Assembly: GCA_040830765.1 (NCBI GenBank)
Contig: JBFOMH010000017.1
Coordinates: 160,001-224,000 of the forward strand
Length of the DNA: 64,000 nucleotides
Direction of reading: 5' to 3'
Origin: Puniceicoccaceae bacterium
GTDB lineage: Bacteria; Verrucomicrobiota; Verrucomicrobiia; Opitutales; Oceanipulchritudinaceae
Below the pieces are notes generated by a model. The model was given only the letters and a program-made list of their open reading frames with translations, did not search any database and was not told the DNA's origin. Positions 24,701-35,721 of the stretch are shown piece after piece. How positions within the stretch are numbered: the stretch's first letter is position 1; every line of letters starts with the position of its first letter. Position numbers and translations under genes: made by a program.

Positions 24701-27700
24701 ATGACTTCGTCAACGCCACGGATAATGATGTTCTCCTCGCCGCCAATGGCGCAGGGAGCAATCTTGATATCAACGATACGGTGACCTCTGGTCGTCACAC
24801 GACCCTGCTGGCCCGCAACGATATCCTCCAAAGCGCCGACGTAACAGCCGGCGGCACCATTGATGCCCAGGCCTACACTGGTTCCATTCTTATGGATCCG
24901 GATGTGGTTTCCGATGCCGACGATGACAACATCCGCTACACCGCGGCAGTCGATGTCGAACTCGGAGTCCTCGATGCCGGTACTGGCGATGTCAGCGTCA
25001 TCGCTGACACGGGATCCATCCGCGATGTCCAGGATGACCTGGTCGATGTTGATGGGGACGGTTTTGCCACAAGCTCGACTCGCACTGTCAATATTCTTGG
25101 CACCAATCTGCGACTCGACGCAGAGGGCAGCATCGGAGAGGTGGACGATCCGGTTGATACGTCAGTTACTCAAGTGGCTGCCGTAGCAGAAACCGGCAGC
25201 ACCTATCTCTACGAGACCGATGCCTTGACCCTCGGGACCGTTGCTCCGGTTACGGTGAATCGGGTTGCCTTGGAGTCGACCATTGCTGATGTCACGGATG
25301 CGGCCGACCTCTCGGGCTCAACTGCCGAGGTCAATGCCAAGACAGAGACCATCAATGGCTCCATTACGGTTGATGATCCGGTCCTCGCCAACACCGGCGA
25401 TGCCCAGTTGGCCGCCAACGGCACAGGAAGTGACTTGGACATCAATGCAACGATTACCTCCGGCCAGCACACCACACTCCTGGCCCGGAACGGTATCATG
25501 CAGAGTGCCGACGTAACTGCTGGCGGAACCATTGATGTGGAAGCCTTCGACGGTTCCATCATCATGGAAGGGGATGCTACCTCAGATGCCGATGACAACA
25601 ACATCCGCTACACCGCGGAGGGTGACCTTGCCCTTGGCATTCTCGATGCAGGTACGGGTGACGTCAGCCTGATTGCCACCACTGGTCGTATCTACGACGC
25701 CCAGGGTGACACCGTTGGCGTCGATGCGGATGGCTTTGCCACCCAGACTGGTGACCCGCGCGTGGTCAATGTCATTGCCTCAGGACTGCGGATTGATGCC
25801 GCCCTGGATGTCAATGATGACCCGTCCGCCGGCACGGTCGATCCGATCGACCTGTCCGTCGATACCCTCGCGGGTGTCGTTGGGGAGAGCATCTATGTTT
25901 ATGAAACCGACGACCTGACCATCGGGACAATCGATCCGGTATCCGTCAATCGCGTCGCCCTCGAGTCGACCACCGCCGTGGTCACCGACGACACGCCGCG
26001 TGTCGGCCTCGTCGCCGGGACTAACGCCAAGGTGGAAACCATCGACGGTTCCATCAATGTCGACAACATCGTCGAAGGCACCTCAGCCGATGTCCTCCTC
26101 GCCGCCAATGGCGCAGGCAGTGACCTCAACATCAACGACACCGTCACCTCGGGTGGAAACACAACCCTCCTGGCCCGCGATTCCATCGCCCAGGATGCCA
26201 ACGTGACTGCCGGCGGCACCATTGATGCCCAGGCCTTCACCGGTTCCATCCTCATGGCCGCGGACGTCGTTTCCGATGCCGATGATGACAACATCCGCTA
26301 CAATGCGGAAGTTGATGTCGAGCTGGGTATCCTTGATGCCGGTACCGGCAACATCGCCGTCGTCGCCAACACCGGTGACATCGTCGATGTCCAGGATGAC
26401 ACCGTCGGCGTGGATGCAGATGGCTTCGCCACCAATACCGGTCGCACGGTCAACCTTATCGGTACAGACCTGCGCCTGAGTGCCGATGGCGACATCGGTG
26501 AGGCCGGTGATCCGATTGACACTTCAGTCGATACAATCGCCGCTACCGCTGCAGGTGGCAGTGCTTATGTCTATGAGACCGACGCCCTGACCATTGGGAC
26601 GGTTGCACCGGTCACGGTGAACCGCGTTGCCCTGGAATCCACCACTCGGGACGAAACCGATGCCGATAGCGCCACAGGTGTCCTGGGTATCATGAATTCC
26701 AAGGTGGAGACCATTGACGGCAGCCTCACGGTCGACGGACCGGTTGGCCCGACCTTCGACGATGTCCTGTTGGCCGCCAACGGTTCCGGCAGTGACCTCG
26801 TCATCAACGATGTTGTCAGCTCCGGTGCCGATACGACCTTGCTGGCCCGCAATTCGATCAGCCAGAACGCTGACGTGACCGCGGGTGGAACAATTGATGC
26901 CGAGGCCTTCGAGGGTGACATCACCATGGCCGCCGATGCCATGTCCACGACCACAGATGGCAATGTCCGTCTAGTGGCAAGTGGGGATGTTACTGTCGGC
27001 GTTGTTGATGCCGGTACGGCTGACATCAGCGTGACCGCCGGTGGCAATATCCTCGACGCCCAGGCCGACACAGTCGGTGTGGATGGGGATGGATTCGCCA
27101 CTAACAGCGACCGCACGGTCAACCTCGTTGCCTCCGACCTGCGGCTGGATGCCGCTGGCGGAATCGGTGAGGCTGGTAACCCGGTCGACACTTCTGTCGA
27201 TACGTTGGCCGCAAGCGCTGCTTCTGGCAACGCCTACGTCTACGAATCCGACGCCGTGACGATCGGTACCGTTGCTCCGGTAATGGCAAACCGCGTCGCC
27301 CTTGAGTCGACTTCAGCCGAGGTGACCGACGCCGCTGAGCTCGCTGGCGTAACCGCCGAGCTCAACGCCAAGGTCGAGACCATCGACGGAACGTTGACCG
27401 TTGACCAGGCCGTGACCGCCACTGTCGGGGATGCCCTTGTGGCAGCCAACGGCTCCGGTGACCTTGACCTTAACGCGGACCTTTCCGCCGGTGGAAACGC
27501 CACCCTGCTGGCCTCGCAAGGCCTCATGCAGGATGCTGACGTGACGGCCGGTGGCACCATTGATGCCGAAGCCTTCGCTGGCTCCATCTCGATGGGCGCC
27601 GATGTGGTATCAGATGCCGATGACGACAACATCCGCTACACCGCGGCGACAGACGTCGAACTGGGTACACTTGATGCCGGTGCAGGCAACATTGCCGTGA

Positions 27701-30700
27701 CTGCCGGTGGTAGCATCCACGATGCGCATGTTGATACAGTCGATGTTGATGCCGATGGGTTTGCAACCAACAGCGGACGCACGGTGAATCTCGTTGGTTC
27801 CGGTGCCCGCCTGACCGCCGGCACGGACGTTGGCGAGGCCGGGGATCCGATTGACACCTCGATTGCTACACTGGCGGCTTCCGCTGGCAGTGGCAGTGCT
27901 TACGTCTACGAGACCGATGCTCTGACTATCGGGACCGTTGCTCCGGTGACCGTGAATCGGGTGGCCCTCGAGTCGACCACGGCCGATGTGACCGATGCGG
28001 ACAGCCTTTCCGGGGTGACCGCCGGTACGAACGCCAAGGTAGAGACCCTCGGCGGTTCCCTGACTGTGGACGATGCCGTGGAAGCAACCGGTGGCGATGT
28101 CCTGCTGGCCGCCAATGGCGGTGACTTGGTCATCAATGCCGCGGTCATGGCCGGACAGAACGCAACCTTGCTTGCCTCTCAGGGCATCATGCAGTCGGCC
28201 AGTGTCATGGCTGACGGCACGGTTGATGCCGAGGCCATTGCGGGTTCCATCACGATGGATGCCGCTGCCACGACCGAGACCACCAATGGCGACATCCGCT
28301 ACGCCGCGGGTGACGATATTGCCGTCGCGTCACTGGTTGCCGGGCCCAACTCGGCCTCCCTGGTCGCCGGTGGCGACATCACCGATGCCGGTACCGATGT
28401 CAATGTCCAGGCAGCCACGCTGCAACTGACAGCTGGCGGCTCCATTGGCGCGGATGACGCTTCGATCACGGTTGGTGCAGGCCCGGTTGCCGCACGTGCC
28501 GGTGGCGACGTCACCCTCGATGCGATTGGTGAACTGGTTGTCGGGGCGGCTGATGCCGTCACGGTTAACCGCGTCGCCCTTGAGTCGAGCACCAGCACAA
28601 TCGAGGATGCCGCTCTCATTGGCATCGAGGCCGGTGGGGATGTGAGTCTCAGCGCTGAGAATGCGATTCGCCTGGCCGTTGCCACGGACAGCCTCGATCC
28701 GGCATCCGATCCGGTACCGGGTGTGGACGGCAACGCCGCGACCATCGTCAGCGGCGGGGCCACGACCCTCGGCACGGCGGTTGTACTTGCTGAAGACTCC
28801 CGTATCGCTGGTGGAACCTCAGTGACTTTCACCTCCACGGTCGACAGTGTCGCTGGTTCCAATAATGACCTCGCGGTCCATTCACCGGATACAACCTACG
28901 CCGACAATGTCGGCAGCACCCAGGCGCTTGGTAACCTGTCAACGACAGATGCCGGCGACGGGATCATCCGCGTCGGTGGGGATGTCACAACGGTTGATGG
29001 CCAACTCTACGGTGAAGCTACCCAGTTGATTGCGGATAGCGTCGCCTTGACCGACTCCGGCAGTGGTATCCAACTTGATTCCACGCTCGACGGTGACGGT
29101 TCGGCTGCAGCTGACCTGACCTTGAATGCGACCGGTGACATTACCATCGCTGGCGATGTTGGTGCCACCAACCGCCTTGGCGATGTCGTTGTCGAAACAG
29201 TCAATGACCTGACCATCGATGGTTCGGCCAGTGTTGCCTCCTTCACCCAGAACGCCAGTTCGGCCTCGGGTGAGGATAGCGGCGATACAACCTTGACCGG
29301 TGCCCTCGATACCGATGGTGGTGCTGTTTCCATCAACACCACATCCGGCTCCATTGCCGTTAACGCCATTGATGCCGGGGCAGGGAATATCACCCTTGTA
29401 CCGGACAGTGGAACACGGTTGAGCAGCGGAGGCAGTTACAGCATCCCTGAAGGTACCATCACCTTGAGTGGTGACCTCACGGGTGGCTCCATCCAGCTTG
29501 GTCCGAATGACCGGGGAGTGAACGCCCTTGGCGTTTCCTCCATCATTGGAACCGATGCGGATGGCCAACTGGCCATTACCGCATCCGGCAGCCTGACCAT
29601 CGGCGAGGATGAAAAGTTTGCCGTCCTCGACGTTGATGGCGACGGCGTCAACCAGCTGACCCTGCGCACCTCCGGTGGAGCTATCCAGCATGGGGACCTG
29701 ACCATTGAGGGCGACTTGCTTGTCGATGGTGGTGGTACCGCGCCGCTGACGCTCGTCACCCGCGACGCCGGTGAACAGCAGTCTGACCTCGACACGAACG
29801 AGGATGGCGTGATTGACCAGCTCGACACCCAGATGGGTGACGGTATCGATGTCGTCGCTACGGGATCCATCACCTATACCGGAGTCGATTTCCTGACCGA
29901 GGTTGGTGAGACTCCGGGCGGTGATATTGGACAACCTCAATTCGCCTTGACTGATTCAACACAAATCAGTCAGGAAATCCTCGAGCGCTATGTCGTCCGT
30001 GAACTGGACCGCTTCCCGCAAATCCGGGGCGACGTCGTCAATCCGAATGCACTTGGCGGCTTGATTCTCGATGCCATCGCCAATGGTGAAATCGTCAATA
30101 ATGTCATTGATGCTATCAGGGGTGTTGGCCGCCCGAGCCTGGCAGAATCCCTCCCGGCTCCGGAGAAGTACCCGCGCCTGCTCGATGTTCACCTCACTCC
30201 GCTGGATGTTGATACCAGCAGCGAGGTAGCCATCGGGGACGCCCTTGGAATCCAGATTCGCGACCGCAACGCCGCTGAACTCGGTTCCGAGAATGTCGTC
30301 ATCTATGATGATGTGGCCAATGGACCAGCCATCTCCGTGGCCCGCCTCAACTCTGCGGCAGCCTCTGAAGCGGTTGACTCCACTCGCTCCATCCTGGGCA
30401 GCAGCGCCCGCCTCAAGGGACAACTGGCCGAAGCCCTCTCCGGCTATATGGCCCAGTCTGAATCCTTCGATGCGAGTGATTTCCGGGAATACGTCATGCA
30501 GTCACGGCAGCATGCCGAGGCCGAGCGCATCATGGATACGCTCTACCAGCTCTGGATGTCCATCGAGGTGCTCGGATTGACCGAGGACGATATCGAGAAA
30601 ATCAAGGAGTACATCTACTCCGAGATTGCTCCCGCCAACCTCACCACCACTCAACTGCACGATGCGGTCATGTCCGGTGATGAGCCCATGTTGGCGCTTG

Positions 30701-30711
30701 CAGGGAACTGA
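6772..30711 (+). CDS. Giant TpsA filamentous-haemagglutinin-like exoprotein/adhesin, 7,979 aa
   Basis: TPS domain ([10 protein letters not shown]...FFQP...ILNRV...[24 protein letters not shown]), beta-helix-like segments, 12 FG-GAP blades, ~24 x ~224-aa repeats and a helical C-terminus, in one uninterrupted ORF. Confidence 0.9.
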   Translation: MIRNKKHLIRPMQFSSLFEGILQRSWRRKGRQLTSFMVPIFVASVQGIAGPEGEQVAAGDVRFNRPDTASTHIYQDSMQAIVNWRSFNVQLDESVQFFQPNEMASILNRVMQNDPSQIAGSLTANGRVFIANPAGVIFGANAVIDVGQLVAAAGNISDADFLGGNYRFSGLQGAVENYGTINANTVALIGRTVGNYGQILAPAGTVIMAAGDELYLVEDQGFGHLRVQVASVDLADDTEGSSGAYGAGDAYALAAGNYGLIEAGDVSVEAERVMLSYGSTIDAGGESGGNISIDAEAILHEGTLSATGSSGAGGTVNLDAGLDYTAIGSAVVDVSGTTGGDITLTTSGKIISSGTYLAQGTDGAGGQIDVGGPGSIGLLSATLDASGTAGGGVVRLGGPLQGGRDGNGDLPVASSTIVSPGSELRADATGASGDGGEVIIWSEEATEFYGIASARPGLESGAGGFIELSSAGQFVFTQGENLQTGRGDRLGEVLLDPKSIIITDANGLDLIRTITGNSQILREGTLELDNGDEFGEDVAFNQAGNLFIVGAPGDSADGINPNGDGVVYLFGIETDNLGFAPILEKRLGDGTTLSGGGTLDISTAGRFGSAVAVNETGNLLAVGAEGDDGDGAGNATGAVYMLSIDVNNPNADPVLETVLDDNDVTLAAGDKFGSAVAFNQDADIMGVGAEGDTGGAGSVFLFDISTFNAPVIGLGGNPVTSSTGGAVASGAATFGSSVSFNGSGNVMAIGAEESTFSGGSNRGGVYIFTLDPDNLNVTPTYQQRFQYSDFGEPALGSSNNNLRFGSAVAFNSDNTILAVGARGQPGSGGATNQEPRVFLLSLSDVSTLPTFGQRIDFNTVPLGGGPPLALDSEGQFGAGISLSGDGTALLVGAPTQDGGGTDLGEVFLFEIDPNNLSQAPDLAQLLTDTSPIRIYDQLALGGGDSFGNSVALSSAGDVLVVGAPGNDTGGADAGAAYVFSVNPADLAQQITLVKLVADSTVTGLSLADGDNFGSGVAVNGLGDIIAFGASGTNVGGADRGAAYIIEFDTTNLFADPVLQLTLNNSNVTGLANNDLFGQSLALDNPGGVLVVGQPGDSSGTGAVDVFSLNTTTFAFTQENTIDGTTPGLTLAAGDAFGTGVALNADASILAVGSPGAEGGGTNEGAVSILSLGALAADPTLEQTIDSTTTSVVLDDDDAFGTSVALSGGGEILAVGAPFADGPANGNPDSGEVFLMRLNSSNLSIPAAEIAKLERDTVLADGSNFTAVDTNDQLGSGVALNDGASIFVGGAGNSDISGPATGAAHLFTLELGRDPTQALFGVEPDAEWIVSPADIVSVLAGNNLTMQANTDITVESLVDASLNPSAGNLTFQAGRSILLNESILLNGSFTATANDPGALAAHRDAGDATITMADGTSIDTSAANGSITLAYGVGTNGNDATGAMTLETLNAGTGAIDIDTVANQGGAVSYEDILLNGPVTGGLVSAQGNAIISNVDGTITASDDILLETASTGRAGGDIDLEAAVSQTGAGTLTMRPVDSATPIRVGGTTAGQMGVDVPTLDQVQEGFSTIIVGSSGQTGDINVAGGPTTNWKDDLLFETDSGDINVLADVNTTGSTDPADITYRSATGVTTMAGNQLTDGGNVTVETPLLVDGTILIDTEAGDDLVAGNVTLNGSTIGSRTDAAVDAANGNTDTLTIDARGLIDGNVDIEGHVGSNTITGAGGVIGSLIVEGAATVDLSDVTTATGGILVGNSKATTGPINLHASTLDTSGAGAGVATGNIVLNADASQDIELLDGDVQLNTNDLGYNGGTNVNADGAITIAGNQIDGQTFTNGLSLDNGSNSLDQSTDMPVLTELTHFVALSDANVTVLNPNNDVATVAGRTTTGSFAYRDANDLTVGTAAGVSGITAGADAMAETVAGTLTVDQSVSGGADVLLSAGGVASNLDLNASVDSGDGTSLLAGNSVLQSANVTAGGSIDVEATNGAITMDPGSSSTATDANIRYAANGDVTVGSLAAGAGDVSISSTTGNIVDAQVTDAVIADPEGFAINLGRTVNVSGAGLRMSAAGDAGAAGTPFDTSVGTVAADVSGSTYIYESDAVTVGTVGPVAVERVVIDAANTTASDAALAGINAGGNAKLETINGTIAVNDPVSAGTDVQIAANGAGSDLLLNNSVAAGQNVTLLARSAIIQDANVNAGGTIDAEAFDSVITMSAGATSTAAGNIRYAGDGNVTTGILDAGASSVSVVSENGSILDAQNDTVGVDGEGFATQTNDPRTANLIAANVRLQAAGDIGSAGNPVDSTAGVVAASSGGSTYLYESDALTVGTVAAVSVNRVELASTTSTVTDIAASGITGGTNAKVETVSGSMTVDDTVTATAGDALLAANGAASDMDVNADVASGGNTTILARNSVLQGANINAGGTIDVEAFDGVLTMEAGSSSTATDNDTRYAGHQDVTIQVLNAGTADISVVSSDGSIVDGQADTVGVDADGFATNAGRTVNFESSGLRLAASGDIGAAGNPLDSTVTTVAANAGGSAYVYETDALTVGAVETTVNRVGLDSSLTGVTDASLSGVTGGANAKVETIDGTLTVDTLVTATSEDVLLAANGTGGDDDLVINADVSAGDSVSLLARDNVAQNANVTSDADGAEDTDGTIDVEAFSGSIVMAPDAVSTTDDDNIRYTAEVDAGLGILDAGTADVSVIARTGRIYDAQGDTVGVDSEGFATQTGDPRVVNILASGMRVSAAEDLNDDGATVDPLDTSLDVLAGTVGESIYIYETDALTIGTVDAVAVERVALESTTSTVTDAGSVSGLLAGTNAKVETIDGTLTVDQFVEATTADVLLAANGSGSDLDINDTVTSGRHTTLLARNEILQSANVTATGTIDAEAFDGSIRMDPNVVSDADDDNIRYTAEVDVELGILDAGTADVSVVATTGSIRDVQDDLVDRDGDGFATNAARTVNIIANDLRLDAQGSIGEADDPIDTAVDQMAAAAATGSTYVYESDAVTIGTVAPVTVNRVALQSTIADVTDAADLVGSTALVNAKTETIAGTLTVDNPVLAITGDAQLAANGAGSDLDINDTVTSGQHTTLLARNDLLQSGNVTTGGTIDAEAFDGSILMDPNVVSDANDANIRYTAAVDVELGILDAGTGDVSVIADTGSIRDVQDDLVDRDGEGFATNTTRTVNIIGNDLRLDAQGSIGEADDPIDTSVDQMAAVAEQGSTYVYETDALTIGTVAPVTVNRVALESTIVDVTDAADLVGSTAEVHAKTETISGTLTVDDPVLASTADAQLAANGAGSDLDINDTVTSGRHTTLLARNDILQSANVTAGGTIDAEAFTGSILMDPNVVSDADDDNIRYTAAVDVELGILDAGLADVSVIADTGSIRDVQDDLVDRDGDGFATNSARTVNIIGNDLRLDAQGSIGEADDPIDTSVDQMAAVAASGSTYVYESDAVTIGTVAPVTVNRVALESTIVDVTDAADLVGSTALVNAKTETINGTLTVDDPVLATTGDVQLAANGTGSDLDINDTVTSGQHTTLLARNSVLQSANVTAGGTIDAEAFDNSILMDPNVVSDANDANIRYTAAIDVELGILDAGTGDISVIADTGSIRDVQDDLVDRDGDGFATNTARTVNIIGNDLRLDAQGSIGEVDDPIDTSVDQMAAVAATGSTYVYETDALTIGTVAPVTVNRVALESTIADVTDGADLVGSTAEVNAKTETINGTLTVDDPVLAITGDAQLAANGTGNDLDINATVTSGRHTTLLGRDDILQSANVTAGGTIDAEAFDGSILMDPNVVSDADDDNIRYTAQVDVELGILDAGTGNVAVTATTGSIRDVQDDLVDRDADGFATNTSRTVNILGTDLRMDAEGSIGEADDPIDTSVDTLAAVAATGSTYVYETDALTVGTVAPVTVNRVALESTIVDVTDAADLVGSTAEVNAKTETIAGMLTVDDPVLATTGDAQLAANGAGSDLDINATVTSGRHTTLLGRNDILQSANVTATGTIDAEAFDGSILMDPNVVSDADDDNIRYTAEVDVELGILDAGTADISVIADTGSIRDVQDDLVDRDGDGFATNTTRTVNIIANDLRMDAEGSIGEADDPIDTSVDQMAAVAATGSTYVYETDALTIGTVAPVTVNRVALESTIADVTDGADLVGSTAAINAKTETIAGTLTVDDPVLATTGDAQLAANGAGSDLDINATVTSGRHTTLLARNSVLQSANVSAGGTIDAEAFDNSILMDPNVVSDADDDNIRYTAQVDVELGILDAGTGNVAVTATTGSIRDVQDDLVDRDGEGFATNTTRTVNIIGNDLRLDAEGSIGEADDPIDTTVNTMAAVAATGSTYVYESDALTIGTVAPVTVNRVALESTIVDVTDAADLVGSTAEVNAKTETIAGTLTVDDPVLATTGDAQLAANGAGSDLDINATVTSGRHTTMLARNDILQSANVTAGGTIDAEAFDGSILMDPFVVSDADDDNIRYTAEVDVELGILDAGTADVSVIADTGSIRDVQDDLVDRDGEGFATNTARTVNIIANDLRMDAEGSIGEVDDPIDTSVDNMAAVAATGSTYVYESDALTIGTVAPVTVNRVALESTIADVTDAADLVGSTAQVNAKTETINGTLTVDNAVLATTGDVQLAANGTGSDLDVNANVTSGQHTTMLARNDILQSGDVTAGGTIDAEAFDGSILMDPDTVSDADDDNIRYTAQVDVELGILDAGTANVSVLADTGSIRDVQDDLVDRDGEGFATNTTRTVNIIGNDLRLDAQGSIGEADDPIDTTVNTVAAVAETGSIYLYETDALTIGTVGSVTVNRVALESTVADVIDTEDLSGLTGEVNAKAETINGTLTVDDPVLANTNDAQLAANGTGSDLDINATVTSGRHTTLLGRDDILQSANVTAGGTIDGEAFDGSILMDPFVVSDADDDNIRYTAQVDVELGILDAGTADVSVIADTGSIRDVQDDLVDRDGEGFATNTTRTVNIIGNDLRMDAQGSIGEADDPIDTSVDTLAAVAETGSTYVYETDALTIGTVAPVTVNRVALESTIADVTDAADLVGSTAEVHAKTETIAGTLTVDDPVLANTGDAQLEDKGTGSELDINATVTSGQHTTMLARNDILQSGNVTAGGTIDAEAFTGSILMDPDAVSDADDDNIRYTAEVDVELGILDSGTANISVLADTGDIRDVQDDLVDRDADGFATNTARTVNLIGDNLRLDAQGSIGEVDDPIDTTVNTVGAVAETGSIYLYESDELVVGTVGSVTVNRVALESTVADIVDTADLSGLTGEVNAKAETIDGTLTVDDPVLANTGDAQLAANSTDSDLDINATVTSGRHTTLLARRDILQSANVTAGGTIDGEAFDGSILMDPDVISDADDDNIRYTAQVDVELGILDAGTGNVAVTATTGDIRDVQDDLVDRDADGFATNTARTVNIIGTDLRMSAEGSIGEADDPIDTSVDTLAAVANTGSSYVYETDALVIGTVAPVTVNRVALESSLADVTDAADLVGSTAEVNAKAETINGTLTIDDPVLANTGDAQLAANGAGSDLDINATVTSGRHTTLLARNDILQSGNVTAGGTIDAEAFNGSILMDPDTVSDADDDNIRYTAEMDIELGILDAGTGNVAITATAGSIIDVQDDLVDVDGDGFATNTSRTVNITGTDLRLNAAEEIGETDDPIDTMVDMVAANAGGAVYLYESDTLAIGTVAPVTVNRVALESTIADVTDPADLVGVTATSYAKVETIDGSMTVDDAVTATSGDVLLAANGTGGDDDLVVNAAVTSGDYMSLLARDSVLQNANITSDTDGTEDDIGTIDVEAFSGSIIMDGDAVSLTDNDNIRYTAEVDAGLGILNAGDAYVSVIARTGRIYDAQGDTVGVDSEGFATQTGDPRVVNIIANGMRVSAALDLNDDGGTVDPLDTSLNTIAGVVGQSIYIYETDDLTIGTVPAVPVERVALESTTATVTDAAPVSGLDAGTNAKVETIDGSLTVDDFVNATDNDVLLAANGAGSNLDINDTVTSGRHTTLLARNDILQSADVTAGGTIDAQAYTGSILMDPDVVSDADDDNIRYTAAVDVELGVLDAGTGDVSVIADTGSIRDVQDDLVDVDGDGFATSSTRTVNILGTNLRLDAEGSIGEVDDPVDTSVTQVAAVAETGSTYLYETDALTLGTVAPVTVNRVALESTIADVTDAADLSGSTAEVNAKTETINGSITVDDPVLANTGDAQLAANGTGSDLDINATITSGQHTTLLARNGIMQSADVTAGGTIDVEAFDGSIIMEGDATSDADDNNIRYTAEGDLALGILDAGTGDVSLIATTGRIYDAQGDTVGVDADGFATQTGDPRVVNVIASGLRIDAALDVNDDPSAGTVDPIDLSVDTLAGVVGESIYVYETDDLTIGTIDPVSVNRVALESTTAVVTDDTPRVGLVAGTNAKVETIDGSINVDNIVEGTSADVLLAANGAGSDLNINDTVTSGGNTTLLARDSIAQDANVTAGGTIDAQAFTGSILMAADVVSDADDDNIRYNAEVDVELGILDAGTGNIAVVANTGDIVDVQDDTVGVDADGFATNTGRTVNLIGTDLRLSADGDIGEAGDPIDTSVDTIAATAAGGSAYVYETDALTIGTVAPVTVNRVALESTTRDETDADSATGVLGIMNSKVETIDGSLTVDGPVGPTFDDVLLAANGSGSDLVINDVVSSGADTTLLARNSISQNADVTAGGTIDAEAFEGDITMAADAMSTTTDGNVRLVASGDVTVGVVDAGTADISVTAGGNILDAQADTVGVDGDGFATNSDRTVNLVASDLRLDAAGGIGEAGNPVDTSVDTLAASAASGNAYVYESDAVTIGTVAPVMANRVALESTSAEVTDAAELAGVTAELNAKVETIDGTLTVDQAVTATVGDALVAANGSGDLDLNADLSAGGNATLLASQGLMQDADVTAGGTIDAEAFAGSISMGADVVSDADDDNIRYTAATDVELGTLDAGAGNIAVTAGGSIHDAHVDTVDVDADGFATNSGRTVNLVGSGARLTAGTDVGEAGDPIDTSIATLAASAGSGSAYVYETDALTIGTVAPVTVNRVALESTTADVTDADSLSGVTAGTNAKVETLGGSLTVDDAVEATGGDVLLAANGGDLVINAAVMAGQNATLLASQGIMQSASVMADGTVDAEAIAGSITMDAAATTETTNGDIRYAAGDDIAVASLVAGPNSASLVAGGDITDAGTDVNVQAATLQLTAGGSIGADDASITVGAGPVAARAGGDVTLDAIGELVVGAADAVTVNRVALESSTSTIEDAALIGIEAGGDVSLSAENAIRLAVATDSLDPASDPVPGVDGNAATIVSGGATTLGTAVVLAEDSRIAGGTSVTFTSTVDSVAGSNNDLAVHSPDTTYADNVGSTQALGNLSTTDAGDGIIRVGGDVTTVDGQLYGEATQLIADSVALTDSGSGIQLDSTLDGDGSAAADLTLNATGDITIAGDVGATNRLGDVVVETVNDLTIDGSASVASFTQNASSASGEDSGDTTLTGALDTDGGAVSINTTSGSIAVNAIDAGAGNITLVPDSGTRLSSGGSYSIPEGTITLSGDLTGGSIQLGPNDRGVNALGVSSIIGTDADGQLAITASGSLTIGEDEKFAVLDVDGDGVNQLTLRTSGGAIQHGDLTIEGDLLVDGGGTAPLTLVTRDAGEQQSDLDTNEDGVIDQLDTQMGDGIDVVATGSITYTGVDFLTEVGETPGGDIGQPQFALTDSTQISQEILERYVVRELDRFPQIRGDVVNPNALGGLILDAIANGEIVNNVIDAIRGVGRPSLAESLPAPEKYPRLLDVHLTPLDVDTSSEVAIGDALGIQIRDRNAAELGSENVVIYDDVANGPAISVARLNSAAASEAVDSTRSILGSSARLKGQLAEALSGYMAQSESFDASDFREYVMQSRQHAEAERIMDTLYQLWMSIEVLGLTEDDIEKIKEYIYSEIAPANLTTTQLHDAVMSGDEPMLALAGN
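8356..10700 (+). repeat. 12 FG-GAP (integrin-alpha-like beta-propeller) repeats within TpsA
   Basis: Twelve units of FG.sVal...g..lavGAp.d.....Gavylf, from [16 protein letters not shown] to [15 protein letters not shown]. Confidence 0.85.
12430..28650 (+). repeat. Intragenic tandem array of ~24 units of ~672 bp (224 aa)
   Basis: The NIRYTA anchor recurs at 15481, 16153, 16825 ... 22873, 23545 with an exact 672-bp period (13 anchors). Other anchors are at ~12770, 13432, 14104, 14797, 24244, 24928, 25600, 26290, 26962, 27628 and 28291. Confidence 0.92.
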
Positions 30712-30732
30712 TTCGTTCTTCCTACTTGCCTT

Positions 30733-30776
30733 TCCGGGTCCGGTCCGCCGCTGACTGGCGGGCCGGAACCCCCGGA
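30733..30776. other. GC-rich hairpin between tpsA and arsC (no U-tract; possible mRNA 3' stabiliser or attenuator)
   Basis: TCCGGG TCCGGTCCGCC-loop-GGCGGGCCGGA ACC CCCGGA, immediately before the arsC RBS (GGAGG). Confidence 0.4.
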
Positions 30777-30791
30777 CTGGGAGGCAATTAT

Positions 30792-31226
30792 ATGGATAAG
30801 CGAAAGGTTCTCATTCTCTGCACCGGTAACTCCTGCCGCAGCCACATGGCGGAGGGCATCCTGCGGCACCTGACAGGCGACCTCTTTGAAGTCTTCAGCG
30901 CCGGATCCAAGCCGGCCGGATACGTCCATCCCATGGCCATCGAGGTCATCGGTGAGCTGGGCATCGATATTTCCGGCCACACTTCCAAGCACCTCGACCA
31001 GTTTCTTGATGTCGGGATCGAGGTTGTTGTCACTGTCTGTGACAACGCCAACGAGTCCTGCCCGGTCTTTCCGGGTCAACTCGCCCGCCACCACTGGCCC
31101 TTCGAGGACCCGCCCAAGGCGGCCCGGCCCGGGGAATCCGAAATCGATGCCTTCCGGCGCATCCGGGACGAGATTTACCGAACCCTGCAGGCGTACGTCG
31201 ACGGATATCGCGATGCCTCGCATTGA
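30792..31226 (+). CDS. arsC: Thioredoxin-type arsenate reductase (LMW-PTP fold)
   Basis: GGAGG RBS then ATG at 30792. P-loop CTGNSCRS, resolving Cys pair [23 protein letters not shown] and FRRIRDEI. Confidence 0.85.
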   Translation: MDKRKVLILCTGNSCRSHMAEGILRHLTGDLFEVFSAGSKPAGYVHPMAIEVIGELGIDISGHTSKHLDQFLDVGIEVVVTVCDNANESCPVFPGQLARHHWPFEDPPKAARPGESEIDAFRRIRDEIYRTLQAYVDGYRDASH

Positions 31227-31388
31227 CGGCCCTTTTCCTGTTTTCCCTCCCTTGGCGGAACTTATTGGCTCCCGGCCTGTCCACTGCCTCTCATCCGAGT
31301 CCCCCCCCCTCATTCCCGGATTCGCCAGCATTGTGCAATTTAGTGCAATTTTGGTTGCCTTCGGGTCGGGGGCTACCATATTCGCCTG

Positions 31389-34300
31389 ATGCTCAAGATA
31401 TTTACCCCGTTGGCCGGTCTCCTGATTTGCGCCTTTCTTCCGTCCTTTCTGGCGGCGGCCATCGTACCGGTCGACAGCGGCAGCTACACCACGACCTTCC
31501 CCGGTACCGACATTGCCGGGCGGAACGGCTATCCCGGCGGAACGCCTCAACTGAGTGGTGCCGCGGTCGGGCGTCCGGTCCCGACTAACGACTGGTGGTC
31601 GGCCCTGCTGAACAACAACCATGCCAGTAATCTCTTCAATTATCCGCTGACCATGCGGACCCTGCCAACGGGTTTGGACATCGGCCTGATCGTGCCCGGT
31701 TCTGGACCCAACGGCAGCACCCAGCCGATCAGCGACATCAGTCCCGTCATTGTCGGGGTGAGTGGCCTTACGGCGACCCGGGCCACGGTGGACGACTATT
31801 CCGACTGGACGGTGACCATCGGCTGGGACTCTGGCGAACACTCCCTGCGGGCGACCACCGGCATCGGCATGCCCTTTATTCATTTCAAGAAGAGCGCCAG
31901 CCATACCGCCTCGGTCACGGTCAATGTGGGAACGGTCACCGTCGACGGGGAAATCCTCCTCATTACCAATTCCCAGGGCGGGGCCAATTTCGCGGTCTAT
32001 GCCCCGGCTAAATCCACTTGGGTGGCTTCCGGGAACACCTACACCTCGTCCCTCGACGGAAAGAACTACTGGTCAATGGCCATTCTGCCGGCCGGTACAC
32101 CTGCGACCCTCGCCGCCGCCTGGCAGGCGTATGCCTACGTTGAGCCGGTGGACACCCAGGTCAGCTGGTCCTATGACGAGGCTACTGCGGTCCTGCGGAC
32201 CGACTATACGACCACTGTCGCCATTCACGAAGGGGAGGGCACTACAGTGGTCCAAGGTCTGCTCCCGCACCAATGGGGGCATCTGGCCTCCGACGCCCCG
32301 GCCTTGTCCAGCCAGTCGCTTTCCTCCATCCGGGGTGAGTTGAAGCTCCTCGCTGCCAACACCTTCGCCACCGAACGCACCTTCAAGGGGATCCTGCCGA
32401 CCCTGCCGGCCCGGGCCGCGCAGAGTCCTGGCTTTGATCCCGCCCGACTGAATGAAAAAATCACCTCGATGGAAAATGACACGCTGGCCACGTGGACGGA
32501 CTCCTACAACGAGGGTCAGGTCATGAACCGCCTCATCCAGACGGCCCGCATTGCCCACGAGACAGGTAATTTCACGGCCCGGGACAAGTTTATCGCGACC
32601 GTCAAGGAACGCCTCGAGGACTGGCTCACCGCCGAGCCAGGCGAAGTTGCCTTCATATTCCATTATCAGCCCACCTGGACGGCCCTCCTCGGCTACCCGG
32701 CCGGCCATGGGCAGGACACCAACATCAACGACCACCACTTTCATTGGGGCTACTTCATTCACGCGGCTGCCTTCATGGAGCAATTTGAGCCCGGCTGGGC
32801 AGAACAGTGGGGCGGGATGATTGATCTTTTGGTCCGTGATGCCGCCAGTCCCAACCGGGACGATCCGATGTTTCCCTTCCTGCGCAACTTCAGTCCCTTC
32901 GCCGGACACTGCTGGGCCAACGGATTCGCCTCTTTCCCCTTCGGCAACGACCAGGAATCGAGTTCCGAGAGTATGCAGTTCAACTCCTCCCTCATCCACT
33001 GGGGGGCAATCACCGGTAACAAGGCTATTCGCGACCTCGGTATCTACCTCTACGTCACTGAGCAGACCGCCATTGAGGAATACTGGCTCGATATCAACGA
33101 CCGGACCTTCAAGGACGGCTATGGCTACTCCCTGGTGTCCCGTATCTGGGGGAACGGCTACGACAACCAGACCTTCTGGACCAGCGACATCGCTGCGGCC
33201 TATGGCATCGAACTCTATCCCATCCATGGTGGCTCGCTCTACCTCGGCCACGACATCGAATACGCGGAAAGCCTGTGGGCCGAAATGGCCGCCAACACGG
33301 GTGTGCTGAACCAGGTGGCCAATGATAACCTCTGGCATGACATCTACTGGCAGTTCCTCGCCTTCACCGACCCGGAGGCGGCGATTGCCCTTTATGATGG
33401 CAATCCCGACCGCAACCTGAAGTTTGGCGTTTCCGACGCCCAGACCTACTACTGGCTGCATGCCATGAACGGGCTTGGTCAGGTCGATGCCGGGGTCATT
33501 GCCGATGACCCCCTGGCGGTGGTCTTCAATCGCAATGGCGAGAAGACCTATGTCGCGCACAACTACAGCACCACTCCCAAGACCGTGTCCTTTTCCGACG
33601 GGACCCTGCTGGATGTCCCGGCGAACAGCCTGGCCACGAGCGAGGATCTGCCGCTCCGCGGAACCATCACAACGCCCTTTGCGGTCGCCCCGGCGGGCAA
33701 CAGTGTGCCCCTCGAACTGAGCCTAACCGGTGACACCTCCTCCCTCACCGCTGTCGAGTTTTTCGATGGACCGACCTCCATCGGCACCCTCACGGAAGCG
33801 CCCTTTGTCCTCCAGACGGGTGCTCTCGGGGTGGGGGTCCATACCTTCCGGGCACGACTCTACGCCGGCGAAAAGTTCACCGACTCCGGCCTGGCCTCCG
33901 TCCGGGTGGGGGATAGCTTCCCCTACACCGGGACACCGATTGCCATTCCCGGCAGCTTTGATGCCGGTGACTACGACTGGTTCGAGGGCGGTTCCGGACA
34001 GGACATCACCTACTTCGATTCCTCTATTGGTAACAACGGGGACTATCGTACCGGTGAATCGGTCGATACTGCATGGGATACCAATGAGGGTGCCGTGGTC
34101 GGTTGGATTGGCGATGGCGAATGGATAGACTACACTGTCCAGGTCGCCTCCAGCGGGCTTTACGAGGTCAGCTTCCGCTATGCCTCCGACAACGACGCCG
34201 GTGGCGGGCCGTTCTATTTTGAATTGGACGGGCGGCGGGCCAGTGGCGATATCACCGTCGCCTCTACTGGAGACTGGAGTACTTTCTCTACCAGGGTGGC

Positions 34301-35705
34301 CGGCAACATTGAGCTCCGCGAAGGGCGGCATGTCCTGCGGATTCACTTCAGCCGGGGCGAGTTCAACCTCGGGGAATTGACCTTTACCCGCACCGGCGAT
34401 TTGCCCTATGACCCGCCGGTAGCGGATGCCGGGATGGATTTCATAACGCCGCCCGGCAGCACCAGGGTCGATGGCTCTGGCAGTACTGCGCCATCCGGCG
34501 GTTCCCTTTCCTACGCATGGGAGCAACTCGCCGGCCCCTCTGTGGCAACCATTGTCGATCCGGATTCTGCGGATACGCACATTTCCGGTTTGAATATTTC
34601 CGGTCTCTATCGCTTCCGCCTGACCGTTGATGACGGTGCCCGCGACGATTTCGATGACGTTGAAATCTTTGTCGGCAGCCCCATCAACCGTCCGCCGACA
34701 GCCTCCATTCTCAGTCCGGCCAATGGCTCTGTGGGCGTTGCCGGCCAGCCGCTGGTGGTAACCGTTGCAGCTAACGACCCGGAGGGCGAAGTGGCTCTCG
34801 TCGAGCTGTTCAATGGCGATGTCCTTCTTGGGACCCTGAACGCGCCCCCCTACGCATTTGAATGGTATCCGCCTGTCGGGTCACACAGCCTGACGGCCCG
34901 GGTGACCGACGCTGAGAACCTCACGGCGAGTTCAACACCTGTCAGCTTTACCGCCAATCCTCCCTTGCCCTGTACCCGGACCTCCGCCAGCGGGGATTTC
35001 GAGTACGTCTTCTCGGACGACCTCAATAACCCAACCCTGACCTTTGTCCCGCTGCGGGCGGGTGTCGGGTCGAGCCTCATCCTCTTTTACTATGGAACTG
35101 GCGGCGGTCCCAAGCCGGGCTATTCCATTACCGCCAACACGCCCTTCAGGCTCAATGCGACCGAGGGCCAGACCATCGGGTTCTACTTCACCTACAACGT
35201 CCCGGAGGGCGGCGAGCGCAATACCCTTGGTGAAAACATGGCCTACACCATCGGGACCTGCGCCGAGTCCGTGGCCGTGGACCCGGATGTTGCCCTGCTG
35301 GACTGGCGTACCGCCCACTTTGATCCGGCTGACCTTGCCGATTCCGAACTGGAGGCAACCCTCTGGGGCGATGCCGCGGACCCGGAAGGGGACACCGTGG
35401 CCAACCTCATTGAGTTCTCCACTGGGAGTGACCCTGTAATGGAGTCCTCGCTACCGCTGCAGTGGCAGGTCAGTCCGGTCGACGGCAAGCTGCGGGTTCG
35501 CTTCCACCGGCGCGCCGAGCTTCCGGAGAGCTGGTTGCGGCTGCAATGGTCGGCCGACCTCGTGACCTGGAGCAGCGAAAACGTGCAGTTGACCGTGGTC
35601 AGTCTTCAGGACGGGTTCGAGCTCGTCGAGGCCAGTATCGGAAATCTCGATACCAACGGGGCACCAGTCCACGTCCGCCTCGTTGCCAGCCAGGGCGGAC
35701 TCTGA
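31389..35705 (+). CDS. Secreted GH81 endo-beta-1,3-glucanase with Ig-like, CBM6, PKD and Ig-like domains and a C-terminal tail domain
   Basis: Signal peptide, PTNDWWS, catalytic-region motifs NDHHFHWGYF and DQESSSES, CBM6 (VGWIGDGEWIDYTV..TGDWSTF..GRHVLRI..FNL), PKD (PPVADAG..YAWEQLAGP..YRFRLTV) and Ig-like NRPPTASI..GSHSLTARVTD. Confidence 0.9.
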   Translation: MLKIFTPLAGLLICAFLPSFLAAAIVPVDSGSYTTTFPGTDIAGRNGYPGGTPQLSGAAVGRPVPTNDWWSALLNNNHASNLFNYPLTMRTLPTGLDIGLIVPGSGPNGSTQPISDISPVIVGVSGLTATRATVDDYSDWTVTIGWDSGEHSLRATTGIGMPFIHFKKSASHTASVTVNVGTVTVDGEILLITNSQGGANFAVYAPAKSTWVASGNTYTSSLDGKNYWSMAILPAGTPATLAAAWQAYAYVEPVDTQVSWSYDEATAVLRTDYTTTVAIHEGEGTTVVQGLLPHQWGHLASDAPALSSQSLSSIRGELKLLAANTFATERTFKGILPTLPARAAQSPGFDPARLNEKITSMENDTLATWTDSYNEGQVMNRLIQTARIAHETGNFTARDKFIATVKERLEDWLTAEPGEVAFIFHYQPTWTALLGYPAGHGQDTNINDHHFHWGYFIHAAAFMEQFEPGWAEQWGGMIDLLVRDAASPNRDDPMFPFLRNFSPFAGHCWANGFASFPFGNDQESSSESMQFNSSLIHWGAITGNKAIRDLGIYLYVTEQTAIEEYWLDINDRTFKDGYGYSLVSRIWGNGYDNQTFWTSDIAAAYGIELYPIHGGSLYLGHDIEYAESLWAEMAANTGVLNQVANDNLWHDIYWQFLAFTDPEAAIALYDGNPDRNLKFGVSDAQTYYWLHAMNGLGQVDAGVIADDPLAVVFNRNGEKTYVAHNYSTTPKTVSFSDGTLLDVPANSLATSEDLPLRGTITTPFAVAPAGNSVPLELSLTGDTSSLTAVEFFDGPTSIGTLTEAPFVLQTGALGVGVHTFRARLYAGEKFTDSGLASVRVGDSFPYTGTPIAIPGSFDAGDYDWFEGGSGQDITYFDSSIGNNGDYRTGESVDTAWDTNEGAVVGWIGDGEWIDYTVQVASSGLYEVSFRYASDNDAGGGPFYFELDGRRASGDITVASTGDWSTFSTRVAGNIELREGRHVLRIHFSRGEFNLGELTFTRTGDLPYDPPVADAGMDFITPPGSTRVDGSGSTAPSGGSLSYAWEQLAGPSVATIVDPDSADTHISGLNISGLYRFRLTVDDGARDDFDDVEIFVGSPINRPPTASILSPANGSVGVAGQPLVVTVAANDPEGEVALVELFNGDVLLGTLNAPPYAFEWYPPVGSHSLTARVTDAENLTASSTPVSFTANPPLPCTRTSASGDFEYVFSDDLNNPTLTFVPLRAGVGSSLILFYYGTGGGPKPGYSITANTPFRLNATEGQTIGFYFTYNVPEGGERNTLGENMAYTIGTCAESVAVDPDVALLDWRTAHFDPADLADSELEATLWGDAADPEGDTVANLIEFSTGSDPVMESSLPLQWQVSPVDGKLRVRFHRRAELPESWLRLQWSADLVTWSSENVQLTVVSLQDGFELVEASIGNLDTNGAPVHVRLVASQGGL

Positions 35706-35721
35706 CCAAGCCCCGTAATCC

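Noticed and set aside
12430..28650. Tandem array as CRISPR or as a diversity-generating retroelement target
   Set aside because: The units are in-frame 672-bp coding repeats with no spacers. There is no cas or reverse transcriptase gene, and variation is mainly synonymous rather than adenine-specific.
9307..29940. Long antisense ORFs inside tpsA (e.g. 17452-20664, 1,070 aa; 14446-16695; 9307-11229)
   Set aside because: These are shadows of biased codon usage and the repeat periodicity, with no recognisable motifs.
8227..30033. RGD tripeptides in TpsA (GRGDR near 8227; IRGDV near 30025)
   Set aside because: A couple of RGDs are expected by chance in an 8,000-aa Gly/Asp-rich protein, and there is no evidence of exposure or conservation.
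6772..31226. tpsB-tpsA as a CDI (cdiBAI) toxin system
   Set aside because: No VENN-type pre-toxin motif or toxin domain was recognised, and the downstream gene is a clear arsC, not an immunity gene.
30651..31904. 417-aa minus-strand ORF spanning tpsA end, arsC and GH81 start
   Set aside because: It overlaps three well-supported plus-strand genes and has no recognisable domain.
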